Shown: piece after piece, positions 9,955-19,143 of the stretch | How positions within the stretch are numbered: position 1 is the first letter of the stretch | Layout: every line of letters begins with the position of its first letter | Source of the DNA: Candidatus Methanophagaceae archaeon | GTDB lineage: Archaea; Halobacteriota; Syntropharchaeia; Alkanophagales; Methanospirareceae | DNA length: 64,000 nucleotides | Reading direction: 5' to 3' | NCBI GenBank assembly: GCA_003194435.1 | Contig: PQXC01000011.1 | Span: 9,433-73,432 of the forward strand | Program-made: the position numbers and the translations under genes | Notes under the pieces: generated by a model | What the model was told of the DNA's origin: nothing | The model's database searches: none | The model's input: only the letters and a program-made list of their open reading frames with translations

Positions 9955-10018
9955 TCTCTAACTAACCTCTACTACCGTCAACCCGTCAACCTTCGGCTAC
10001 CTGAACTCTATTTATGTC

Positions 10019-10645
10019 CTATCCCGCACTGAACTTGCCTTCTTCTATCTCACGTAGACACATCTTCACCTTACTCGTTATCTCATTCAACTTATCCTGT
10101 GGCACGCTCTCATGCCTTACGATTCCACTTACAATCTCTATAACTTTACCTGGCGTCTTACCCTGTTTGTGTCTCGTACTTACCCCTATTGCCTCGAAAT
10201 CACCGTACTCTACGGGACACTGGCAGAGTACAATAGCCGGTATGTTTATCCTCGCCAATACGAACCGGACCTTATAGATGAAATGTTGCTTGACATTGCC
10301 ATGATTCAATAGAGCGAGCTTATGCCGCCCTATTATCTCTATCTCCTTCGGCTCCAGCCCAAATGCGACACCATGCCCACCACCTGAGGGTGCATCTGCG
10401 GGTGTGCCATCACCAGCATTCAGTATTATCTCACCCACATTTATACCCTTATCCCTCAACTCTGTGGTTATTTCACATACCGGCTTTGGAACATGCCTGT
10501 AACCGGGTGACATTGCAATATTTATCACATCGTTCTCCAATGCTTTCGCGAATGTCCCTCGCTGGGCAAAACCTCCACCCAAGCCAAGTCCCTGACCTCT
10601 TCTGCATGCCACCAGCCGGGTCTCTCTACCCACTCCTGCTGCCAT
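10019..10645 (-). CDS. mcrC: methyl-coenzyme M reductase operon protein C
   Basis: GRET..V.CR.G.GLG.GGG.AQRGT, MSPG.RHVPKPVCEIT, LNAG.G.P.DAP, HGNV, CQCPV. Confidence 0.9.
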   Translation of the reverse strand: MAAGVGRETRLVACRRGQGLGLGGGFAQRGTFAKALENDVINIAMSPGYRHVPKPVCEITTELRDKGINVGEIILNAGDGTPADAPSGGGHGVAFGLEPKEIEIIGRHKLALLNHGNVKQHFIYKVRFVLARINIPAIVLCQCPVEYGDFEAIGVSTRHKQGKTPGKVIEIVSGIVRHESVPQDKLNEITSKVKMCLREIEEGKFSAG

Positions 10646-10661
10646 TACCTCTCCCTTACCT

Positions 10662-12263
10662 CTACCTCAAATCTTCTATCTTCACTATCCGTCCATTCTG
10701 CATGTGCGCGATTCTATCGCAGACCATATTGACAAAATCCTGGTCATGAGAGACAATAAGGAACGTCATACCCAGATTCTCACGTGCAGCTCTTATAGAA
10801 TCGGCAACGAACTTCTTCGTTATGGGGTCCATTGTTCCCGTGGGTTCATCAAGTATCGCTATTGCCGGCTCCTTCATCAGTACCTGCGCGATCGCTATCC
10901 TCTGTCTCTCTCCTGCGCTCAACTGAGTATGGTCCTTAGGCAGGATCTCTTCCGCTTCATCTTCTGTGAATCCTACACTCTCAAGTATGAACTTCGCCTT
11001 CATTCGCGCCAGCTCCTCGGGTATCCTGACACCTATACAGCTTGTAAGGTTCTCCAGCACCGTCTTCTCCGGGTACATCGTGTATTCCTGATGCAACATG
11101 GCAACGCGCGTAGCTGCCTGCTCACCTACTCCAGGCGTGGTTGCACCCCATGCAATCCATACCCCGGTCTCCGCAACTCGCCCTACTTCTATCCATTTAT
11201 CTCCTGCCCGTATCTTGACCGAACCCCCTGTTAACGGATCTATCTGCGCTATAATACGAGCCAAACTCGTCTTCCCTGCTCCACTTTTACCCAGAAGTCC
11301 AAATATCTCATTCTCGTATATCGTGAGTGAGACATCGTCTACCGCCTTCACCATCCCGCGCCAGACGGAATAGTAATACTTCTTGCAATGCTCAATCTTT
11401 ATCTTCGGCTCCCCAACTTTCATATACTCCTCGCGCTCTATCTTGCCCACCTGCTTCTCAAAATCCTCTACTATCTGCTTCGAATCGCCGTATTTCACCA
11501 CCTCTCCATGGTCAAGCCATAAAGTTTTCTCGGTTAGCTCTTCAATCACATAAGGCCAGTGAGAGGTGACCACCATTGTCATGCCACCGTGTGTGCTCTC
11601 CTTAAGTGCTTTATGCACCAGTTTCGCAGTCTCGAAATCGAGTGTACCGGTAGGCTCATCAGCTAAGAGTAGCATGGGGTCCAATGCAAGTTGCCTTGCC
11701 AGCACCACTCGCTGCTTCTCACCCCCACTGAGGTTTGCAGCGGGGAAAGTCACACGATGCAGCATCTTCACCGCTTTCAGGAGCTCATATGCACGTCTGA
11801 ACCGCTTCGCAGGGGGGTAATTCCTGCTCTCCAGCGCCTGCAAGACATTGTACATCACTGTATCATCGCTGTATAGTCCAAAAGTCCGTTGCAGCATGAT
11901 AGCAACGCCTTTCTTCACCTTCTTACGCCCCTCTTTGTCCTTCCAGTAATTCACTTCCTTCAACTCCAGCTTCTCATTGCATTTACTGCACGGCTCCCCG
12001 ACTCTGCTCGGTGACGCCACCCAACCGCAAGAAGGGCACATAGCTACCCTGAAGATTATCTCACCAGAAGTGGGTGCATATTCCTCACTGCCACGGAGCA
12101 TATGAAGCAAGACTGACTTCCCTGCTCCGCTCCTTCCGAGCAACCCGAGCGATTCCCCCTCTCTTATCTCCACATTCACATTCTTCAAAGCTTCTTTGCC
12201 GTCGAATGTCTTACAGACATCACGAACTATCACAAACGGCTCCTCTTCTTCTGCTTCACTCAT
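10662..12263 (-). CDS. atwA: MCR system component A2 (ABC-type ATPase), paralogue 2
   Basis: Two ABC domains (GRSGAGKS/LSGGEKQR/DEPTG; GKSGAGKT/DEPTGTMDP) with the Zn insert CPSC..CSKC and TSHWP. Confidence 0.9.
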   Translation of the reverse strand: MSEAEEEEPFVIVRDVCKTFDGKEALKNVNVEIREGESLGLLGRSGAGKSVLLHMLRGSEEYAPTSGEIIFRVAMCPSCGWVASPSRVGEPCSKCNEKLELKEVNYWKDKEGRKKVKKGVAIMLQRTFGLYSDDTVMYNVLQALESRNYPPAKRFRRAYELLKAVKMLHRVTFPAANLSGGEKQRVVLARQLALDPMLLLADEPTGTLDFETAKLVHKALKESTHGGMTMVVTSHWPYVIEELTEKTLWLDHGEVVKYGDSKQIVEDFEKQVGKIEREEYMKVGEPKIKIEHCKKYYYSVWRGMVKAVDDVSLTIYENEIFGLLGKSGAGKTSLARIIAQIDPLTGGSVKIRAGDKWIEVGRVAETGVWIAWGATTPGVGEQAATRVAMLHQEYTMYPEKTVLENLTSCIGVRIPEELARMKAKFILESVGFTEDEAEEILPKDHTQLSAGERQRIAIAQVLMKEPAIAILDEPTGTMDPITKKFVADSIRAARENLGMTFLIVSHDQDFVNMVCDRIAHMQNGRIVKIEDLR

Positions 12264-12287
12264 TTTCCTACTCTTCTTTTCTATCTA

Positions 12288-12310
12288 TAATTTAAATGAA
12301 TAATTTAAAT
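12288..12310 (-). promoter_or_regulatory. tandem TAATTTAAAT motifs (probable TATA elements) upstream of atwA2-mcrC
   Basis: TAATTTAAAT at 12288-12297 and 12301-12310 within a 71-bp intergenic region. Confidence 0.4.
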
Positions 12311-12334
12311 TTGAATATGAGTATAAAAACATAC

Positions 12335-13933
12335 CTAAGCTCTCAAATCCTCTATCTTCGTTATTTTACCCGAATTCATGTATGCTATCCTGTCACATAC
12401 CTTCTTCGCAAAGTCTAAATCGTGTGTTACTATCACGAATGTGATACCAAGGTTCTCCCTTGCCTTCAATATCGTCTCAGCCACGTATTTCTTGGTCACA
12501 GGGTCCATCGTCCCGGTGGGCTCATCAAGCACTGCTATCTCCGGCTCTTTCATCAATACCTGCGCGATAAGTATCCTCTGACGTTCTCCCACGCTCAACT
12601 CGAGATGCGTCTTTGGTAATACCTCATCTATCTCCTCATCGCTAAATCCCACTCCTTTCAGCATGAACCTCACTTTCATCTGTGCAAGCTCCTCTGGCAT
12701 ATCAAGACCTATACCATGCGTAAGGTTCTCCCAGACCGTGAGTCCGGGAATGAGCGAGTATTCCTGGTGCAGTACACCCACAAAATGCGCTCTCCAGTCT
12801 GTTGTACCACCCATAATCTCCCCACCCGGTCCTATAAATGTGTCAACGTCGGCTTTTGATGCCTCTATCCATCTATCACCACTCCGTACCCACGCTCCAC
12901 CGCCTGTACCCGGGTCTAAATGGCTCACAATCCGCATTAAGCTCGTCTTACCCGCTCCACTATGCCCCACTATCCCGAATATCTCATTCTCGTATACGAC
13001 AAAAGAGACGTCATCCACTGCCTTTACCACACCTCGTGATGCGGAATAGTAATACTTCTTCAGGTTCTCCACTCTTATCTTCGGCTCTCCGAACTTCTTG
13101 AACTCGCCTCGCTCTATCTCCCCTACTTCTTTCTCAAAATCGCTCACCACCTGCTCTGTATCACCGTATGAAACGAGCTCACCATTATCAAGCCATGCTG
13201 TCTTCTCCGTCAGCTCTCTAATCACGTAAGGCCAGTGCGAAGTGACGAGTAATGTGGTTCCACCCCTTGTACTATCTATCAATGCGCGGTGTACAACGCG
13301 AGCAGTTTCATGGTCAAGAGTGCCAGTAGGTTCGTCAGCCAGTAGCAGAATGGGTTCCAAGGCTAACTGTCTTGCAAGCACCATCCGCTGCTTCTCTCCA
13401 CCGCTGAGGTCCCTTGTATCAGGGAAGTTAACACGATGCAGCATCTTCACAGCATCCAGTAGCTCATACACCCTCTTCATCCTCTTGCTCTTCGGGTAAC
13501 CCGCCCGGTCAAGTGCCTCCAGTACATTCCACACAACTGACTCATCACTATACAGAGCGAAACTTCGCTGTAACATGATGGCAATTGCGCCCTTCAATAA
13601 TTTCCGCATTCGCTTATCCTTCCAGAAGTTCACTTCCTTCAACTCATACTCCGCCCCGCACTTGTTACACGGAGTGCCAACCTTGCTCGGTCCACTTATC
13701 CATGAACACGAAGGACATATCGCCACCCGATAAATAATCTCGCCACTATCTGGTGCATATTCCTCCGTTCCCCTGAGCATACGCAGTAGCACCGATTTCC
13801 CTGAGCCACTCTTACCAAGAAGCCCTAAAGGCTCCAGCTCCTTTATATCCAGGCTTACATTCTTCAACGCTGGCTTGCCATTGAACTCCTTGCTCACATT
13901 CCTAACTTTAATAAATATCTCGTCCTCCCCCAT
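12335..13933 (-). CDS. atwA: MCR system component A2 (ABC-type ATPase), paralogue 1
   Basis: Same architecture: GKSGSGKS, CPSC..CNKC, IAIMLQR, LSGGEKQR, TSHWP, GHSGAGKT, DEPTGTMDP. Confidence 0.9.
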   Translation of the reverse strand: MGEDEIFIKVRNVSKEFNGKPALKNVSLDIKELEPLGLLGKSGSGKSVLLRMLRGTEEYAPDSGEIIYRVAICPSCSWISGPSKVGTPCNKCGAEYELKEVNFWKDKRMRKLLKGAIAIMLQRSFALYSDESVVWNVLEALDRAGYPKSKRMKRVYELLDAVKMLHRVNFPDTRDLSGGEKQRMVLARQLALEPILLLADEPTGTLDHETARVVHRALIDSTRGGTTLLVTSHWPYVIRELTEKTAWLDNGELVSYGDTEQVVSDFEKEVGEIERGEFKKFGEPKIRVENLKKYYYSASRGVVKAVDDVSFVVYENEIFGIVGHSGAGKTSLMRIVSHLDPGTGGGAWVRSGDRWIEASKADVDTFIGPGGEIMGGTTDWRAHFVGVLHQEYSLIPGLTVWENLTHGIGLDMPEELAQMKVRFMLKGVGFSDEEIDEVLPKTHLELSVGERQRILIAQVLMKEPEIAVLDEPTGTMDPVTKKYVAETILKARENLGITFVIVTHDLDFAKKVCDRIAYMNSGKITKIEDLRA

Positions 13934-14024
13934 CTCCTTTACGCTCTTACACTTTCACTTTTCTGCATCACATCTAAACATCTATTAAGTTGTTCTCCTC
14001 ATTTAAAAAACTTTCTATATTTTT

Positions 14025-14393
14025 TCAGGTTCGCTTCTTGAGCACCATTATATCAGGGCGGGGAGCAGCCTTTGAACCCGCAAATTCGCGCTTGCAACGC
14101 GTACATAGTTGTCTTGCGGTGAGCGTTACGACCTCATCCGAGCCAGGTAATTTCCTCGCATAGATGAACTCAGGCTTCACACCCACTGACCTGCTTATAT
14201 CCTCAAGTATCGCGCTTATCTTATCCCTGAATACCACCACGTCATCGCTCTTCAGTCCTCTCAGATCGGCAGCGAAGCCAGTACAACCACACACCATCCC
14301 GAATACCTTCGCCTCCGGGACGAAGATATTACCTAAGAGTGCTCTCAATTCATCCTCCAGTCTCTTCCTACCCGCGATTATCTCCTCCTTCAT
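14025..14393 (-). CDS. small Cys-containing methanogen protein (DUF5402-like)
   Basis: CGC.G..A..RGL..DDV, ARKLPGS.EV, LCTRC. Confidence 0.6.
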   Translation of the reverse strand: MKEEIIAGRKRLEDELRALLGNIFVPEAKVFGMVCGCTGFAADLRGLKSDDVVVFRDKISAILEDISRSVGVKPEFIYARKLPGSDEVVTLTARQLCTRCKREFAGSKAAPRPDIMVLKKRT

Positions 14394-14422
14394 CGCCTTA
14401 CCTTACCCCTACTCCTCAGCTC

Positions 14423-15442
14423 TCATTTCTTCACGCTCAATACCCTGCTCGTCACTTCATCACAGTATCGGCAGGTATCGCACATCTTATTACAGCTCTT
14501 CCACTGGTTTATACACCCTTCAAGCTTCTTATTATCAATATAAAACATATAACGGAGCTCAGAGGGGCAATCCAGGAGTTCAAGCAGGTTACCCTCGTAT
14601 GACCTCCGCGAATAAGCATCCATACAGGCTGTTATCCACCCCACTGCATTTGCACGCCCTGCTATCTTAAAATCTTCTATCCCTATTCTCTCGTATTCCA
14701 CGATGTCCTCCGGTCTTATCCATGGTGATCGGATGATCTGTGAAGGGTCACGAACCCGTATGGATATACACTTATCGAAATAATAATCACCGAAGGTGTT
14801 CAGTGGCTGTGTACCTGTACCTGCACCTGCACCTGAAGCAGCAGTTATATGTGAGAAGAGGTTGAAGTGTGCATACCGAAACGGGCATTTGTAAAGGCAA
14901 CCCTCGTTCACTATCACCCTGATATCGCAGTTCACCGCTCTCATTATAGCCTCCAGCGTATCGAAATCGCGGTTTATGTTCGTATCCACCGTGATACTAT
15001 CAGCGCCAAGCGCCTCATAGAACTCCGCTCGCTGTGGTGAATCAACATGAGAGACGCAGGATATGACGGTTTCCATCGGGAAATCCCTCAGCAGTTCCAC
15101 TAAATATGGCTCCGCCACCGTGACACCATCCACACCCGCCTTATTCAGTTCCTCAAAATACCATTCAAAGAGCTTGTAGCCCTCAAAAGTGAGGTGATAG
15201 CCACCCAGGCAGGATGGATTCATCACTATATTCATCTTGATGCCATGTTGATGTGCATACTCGGTTTGTTCCCTGATCTCTTCTATAAGTGCGGCATGCA
15301 GTGTCGCTCTCCCGCTACCCATCACCTGCGGTGAGCCTGCCATATAAACTTCATCCACATCTGCTAAATGCTTATCCTCTTTATACTCTATTATCTCCTT
15401 CAATGCTTCGAAATGCCCGGGATGCGGAACTATCAATCTCAT
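14423..15442 (-). CDS. peptidase U32 family Fe-S protein (UbiU/UbiV/TrhP/RlhA-like hydroxylase), paralogue 2
   Basis: GSGR, GVDGVTVAEP, NEGCLYKCPFR, DKC, WIRPEDI, FKIAGR; C-terminal CxxxCxxCxxC. Confidence 0.85.
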   Translation of the reverse strand: MRLIVPHPGHFEALKEIIEYKEDKHLADVDEVYMAGSPQVMGSGRATLHAALIEEIREQTEYAHQHGIKMNIVMNPSCLGGYHLTFEGYKLFEWYFEELNKAGVDGVTVAEPYLVELLRDFPMETVISCVSHVDSPQRAEFYEALGADSITVDTNINRDFDTLEAIMRAVNCDIRVIVNEGCLYKCPFRYAHFNLFSHITAASGAGAGTGTQPLNTFGDYYFDKCISIRVRDPSQIIRSPWIRPEDIVEYERIGIEDFKIAGRANAVGWITACMDAYSRRSYEGNLLELLDCPSELRYMFYIDNKKLEGCINQWKSCNKMCDTCRYCDEVTSRVLSVKK

Positions 15443-15443
15443 T

Positions 15444-16445
15444 TCATTTGATGGTGCTCAATACCTCCGCTGTGAGTTTATCGCAATAGCCACATTCGTG
15501 ACAATGCTTATTGCACTCCTTCCATTGCTCTATACTACCTTCGAGCTTCTTATTGTCAATGTAGAAGACATAACGGAGCATCTGAGGGCAATCCAGGAGT
15601 TCAAGCAGGTTACCATCATACGACCTTCGGGAATATACCCGCATGCAGTTTATTATCCAGTTCACTGCCTTCGTCCTGCCTGAGAGTTTAAAGCTATTTA
15701 TCCCGATAGCCTCGTATTCCTTCAGGTCTTCGGGTCTTATCCATGCTGACCTGATGATCTGCGTCGGGTCTCTCAAGCGGATATTAATGCACTTGTCAAA
15801 ATAGAAATCAGGAGCGAATAGCGGCGTTCTCGGCTGATTCAAGCTACTGAGATGTGATGCGAGATTGTAATGAGAATACCGAAACGGGCATTTGTAAAGG
15901 CAACCTTCGTTCACTATCACCCTGATGTCGCAGTTTACCGCTTTCACCATCGCCTCCAGAGTAGAGAAATGGCGATTTATATTCGTATCCACAGTTATCA
16001 CATCAGCACCGAGTTCCTCAAAGAACCGTGCACGCTGTGGCGCATCCACATAAGATAAACAGGATACAATCGTCTTCATCGGGAATTCACGCAGTAACTC
16101 CACAAGATAAGGCTCCGCAACTATAACACCATCCACACCCGCCTTGTTCAATTCCTCAAAATACCATTCAAACATCTTATAACCCTCAAAAGTCAGATGA
16201 TGCCCACCAGTGCATGGTGAATTCAGAGCGATGTTCATTCTGATGCCATGCTGATGTGCATAGTCAGTTTGTTCCCTGATCTCGTCAATAAGTGGCGCGT
16301 GGAGCACCCCCCTTCCACTGCCCATCACCTCCGGCGAGCCGCCCATATAGACTTCTTCTACTTCATTCAAACCTTCTGACTCTTTAGCCTCTATTATCTC
16401 CTTCAACGCTTCGAAATGTCCGGGATGCGGAACCATCAATCGCAT
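15444..16445 (-). CDS. peptidase U32 family Fe-S protein, paralogue 1
   Basis: Same motifs (NEGCLYKCPFR, WIRPEDL, FKLSGR, CNKHCHECGYC); 1-bp gap to paralogue 2. Confidence 0.85.
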   Translation of the reverse strand: MRLMVPHPGHFEALKEIIEAKESEGLNEVEEVYMGGSPEVMGSGRGVLHAPLIDEIREQTDYAHQHGIRMNIALNSPCTGGHHLTFEGYKMFEWYFEELNKAGVDGVIVAEPYLVELLREFPMKTIVSCLSYVDAPQRARFFEELGADVITVDTNINRHFSTLEAMVKAVNCDIRVIVNEGCLYKCPFRYSHYNLASHLSSLNQPRTPLFAPDFYFDKCINIRLRDPTQIIRSAWIRPEDLKEYEAIGINSFKLSGRTKAVNWIINCMRVYSRRSYDGNLLELLDCPQMLRYVFYIDNKKLEGSIEQWKECNKHCHECGYCDKLTAEVLSTIK

Positions 16446-16493
16446 TTTATAAGGGATAAGTAATAGCAGTATTTAAATTTAGCATAAAAAGAA

Positions 16494-17258
16494 TTAGATA
16501 AGATAAGCATAAGCAATCAAGATGGCGATAATACCACCAAATAACGTTGCCAGGATGTTCACGTGATGCTTATTCAATTTAAATGGATTCCGATCCTCGA
16601 GTGTTGCACCAAGCACGCTATCAGCCAGAGAGCCCATGAACCCTGAGATGAGGCAGATGGTGAATGAAGTCCGTTTATCCATATCCAGATTCAAGGGGAA
16701 GGTGAGCGATACGAGCGAGATTAAAGCAGAGCCGAGCAGTGCAGCACCGATGCCGGGTAGGCTGACACCACCATTAGTCCCCACTGGCACTCGCTTAAGC
16801 GTAGTAATCAATCTCGGTCTACCGTCTGCCTGTCCTATCTCGGTTGAGAAGGTATCAGCGCAGGCGGTGGCGACGGAGCCCGAGAACCCAATTAAGAAGA
16901 TGGCGTTACGCGAGATGGCGAAGGAAATAGCGAAGATTAGTGGCGATAGCCCGTTACCAAGTACGTTATTTATGTCCCGCATACCCCTATTTGATTCAGC
17001 AACGCCAAGTGCAGCTTTCTTCTCATATTTGTATTTCGTGACGAGGTTACCAAACAGGAAGAAAGCAAGTAGCGCGAGCAATCCACAATAACTATATCGC
17101 AATCTGAGCGTTATCAGAATACCAGCGCCAAGTGCGAGAGTGCCGAGGAAAGCAGCGGTGTTTATCTTTCGTCTCACATACGTATATATCACCGCTGAGA
17201 GTGCAACCAGAGCTGTAACTACGTCTATCCACAGATATTCATTGAGCAACATGACCAT
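16494..17258 (-). CDS. DUF92 (TMEM19/VTE6-like) membrane protein
   Basis: R...NVLGNG, A.A.ADTFSTEIG, LITTL..VP.GTNGGVS..G, DSVLGATLE, N.H.VN. Confidence 0.9.
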   Translation of the reverse strand: MVMLLNEYLWIDVVTALVALSAVIYTYVRRKINTAAFLGTLALGAGILITLRLRYSYCGLLALLAFFLFGNLVTKYKYEKKAALGVAESNRGMRDINNVLGNGLSPLIFAISFAISRNAIFLIGFSGSVATACADTFSTEIGQADGRPRLITTLKRVPVGTNGGVSLPGIGAALLGSALISLVSLTFPLNLDMDKRTSFTICLISGFMGSLADSVLGATLEDRNPFKLNKHHVNILATLFGGIIAILIAYAYLI

Positions 17259-17313
17259 AAGATCTGGTATAGAGCTACCATGTATATATCATTTCCCTTT
17301 TTCTACCTCCCGC

Positions 17314-18420
17314 TCACTCATTCTCATCCTTACTCTCGTCATGGAGCATGCAGACGGGATCCTCAGCGAGATAGTCACCGGAAACGGCATAAGCTCGCGA
17401 CCTGCAACCACCACATGTCTCCCTGTATCGGCAGGTTGCACATCTACCCTTCAGCCTTCTCTCACGCAGTGCATTGAAGACATCCGCATTGCGAATTATA
17501 TCCAGGAATTTCGCATCTCTTATATTGCCCGCCGTCACAGGCAGATATGCGCATGGCGCCACATCACCGTCAGGGAAGATATGGAAGCGAGTGATACCGG
17601 CAGTACAGCCTGTGAATTGAGGTTTGTTTCCATCTACAAGCCCCATTGACTGGAGATAAGCCCAATATTGGGGATTGCATATCGGTTTAAGCCATACGCG
17701 GACATCCTTCTGCTGCTCCAGTACGAACTTGAAGAATTTCATATTCTCAGCAGGGGATAAACAGGCATGGGAAATCTCCTTACCCCGACCTACAGCGATT
17801 AGATATATAAGATAGATTCTCCAGAGTCCAATAGAATCGGCAAACTTGATTATCCCCGGTAGCTCCTCGTAGTTATATCTTGTAACCATTGAGAATAGCT
17901 GAACGGCAAGTCCAGCATTCGTGCATGCCTTGAGCCCCCGAATCGTGGCTTTAAATGCACCATCAACACCCCTGAAGAGGTCGTGTGCATGCCCGAGACC
18001 ATCAATACTTATCGCTGCACGTTCCAAACCCGCTCTCACCAACTTCTTTGCCACTTCATCTGTTATCAGCGTTCCATTTGTCGCCATCACCACCTGCATA
18101 TCAAACGAGGCGGCATATTCGATGAGTTCATATATATCAGGACGCAGTAGCGGCTCTCCACCTGTGAATGCGAATTTGACATGTCCAAGTTTCGCCGCTT
18201 CTTCGATCAGTTCAAAGCCTTCCTCCGTACTGAGCTCTCCAGGCGCTTCTTCACTGATTGAACAGTGTTTGCACCGCAGGTTGCATTGCTTTGTAACTGC
18301 CCATACGACCTCACCGGGCGAATAGCTGAAACAGCCGGTTCCTACGGCATCATTTGCAAAAATCTCATCCTTATGCGCTCTTATCCATGATCTTAACTCT
18401 AACTCCTTAGCATTCATCAT
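17314..18420 (-). CDS. radical SAM/SPASM protein, NirJ/AhbC-AhbD-like
   Basis: W..T.QCNLRCKHC, TGGEPL, SPASM CTAG..PC..GNIR..C..C..C.GCRSRAY..GDYLAEDP.C. Confidence 0.85.
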   Translation of the reverse strand: MMNAKELELRSWIRAHKDEIFANDAVGTGCFSYSPGEVVWAVTKQCNLRCKHCSISEEAPGELSTEEGFELIEEAAKLGHVKFAFTGGEPLLRPDIYELIEYAASFDMQVVMATNGTLITDEVAKKLVRAGLERAAISIDGLGHAHDLFRGVDGAFKATIRGLKACTNAGLAVQLFSMVTRYNYEELPGIIKFADSIGLWRIYLIYLIAVGRGKEISHACLSPAENMKFFKFVLEQQKDVRVWLKPICNPQYWAYLQSMGLVDGNKPQFTGCTAGITRFHIFPDGDVAPCAYLPVTAGNIRDAKFLDIIRNADVFNALRERRLKGRCATCRYRETCGGCRSRAYAVSGDYLAEDPVCMLHDESKDENE

Positions 18421-18584
18421 TCCCTCTCTTCTTGAGGGTGGGCATCTCATATAAAATTATCTTTTTGTATTCATATCAGTAGACCAGCGATTATATGTCT
18501 AATCCCTATTGCATTAAGCAACTATACAACAATTCAAAGACAAAAGAGAAATAATAATTCCTTATATGTAATGCAAAACAGTTT

Positions 18585-19061
18585 TTATGTACGATGGTTC
18601 TTTATCATTGCTATCTCCTTTCTCCTCTCCAATACCAGTTCGTATATAGCCACTGCCAGCTTGTGACATTGAACTGCCGGGTCACCTCTCTTTGTAATGT
18701 ACCTGTCAGCGCCTTGCTTTAGAGCCTCTTTTGCTATTCCCGGTCCTCCGGCACCGGTGAAGAGGATAAAGGGTATATTACCAAATTTGTCGTCGCTCCT
18801 GATCATTTCCAGGAACTCTATGCCATTCATCCCTGGCATCTTGTAATCTGCAATCACAACATCAAAAAATTCGTTATTAAGCTTCACCAGCGCTTCATCC
18901 ACTGATGGCACACTGGTGATATCGAGATCGTTATTCGCTTCGCGTTTCAGGAATATCCTCGTTATCTCCAGGTGTGCAGGCTCGTCATCCACATGTAATA
19001 CTCTTATCGGTACTACTCCAGCATTATAATCCTCTATCATTTCTGTCACCTTTGAATACAT
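18585..19061 (-). CDS. stand-alone response regulator receiver protein
   Basis: VLHVDDE, DYKMPGMNG, FTG, GADRYITK. Confidence 0.9.
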   Translation of the reverse strand: MYSKVTEMIEDYNAGVVPIRVLHVDDEPAHLEITRIFLKREANNDLDITSVPSVDEALVKLNNEFFDVVIADYKMPGMNGIEFLEMIRSDDKFGNIPFILFTGAGGPGIAKEALKQGADRYITKRGDPAVQCHKLAVAIYELVLERRKEIAMIKNHRT

Positions 19062-19143
19062 TCCCGGAAATAACTTAAATAGGTTTTTTAATAACCAAAG
19101 ATTTTATAGCTATATTGTCAATTATGAGATCATTGTTTTTAAT

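Noticed and set aside
10662-13933. ABC transporter ATPases
   Set aside because: No permease or binding-protein genes; the Zn-finger insert and adjacency to mcrC identify component A2.
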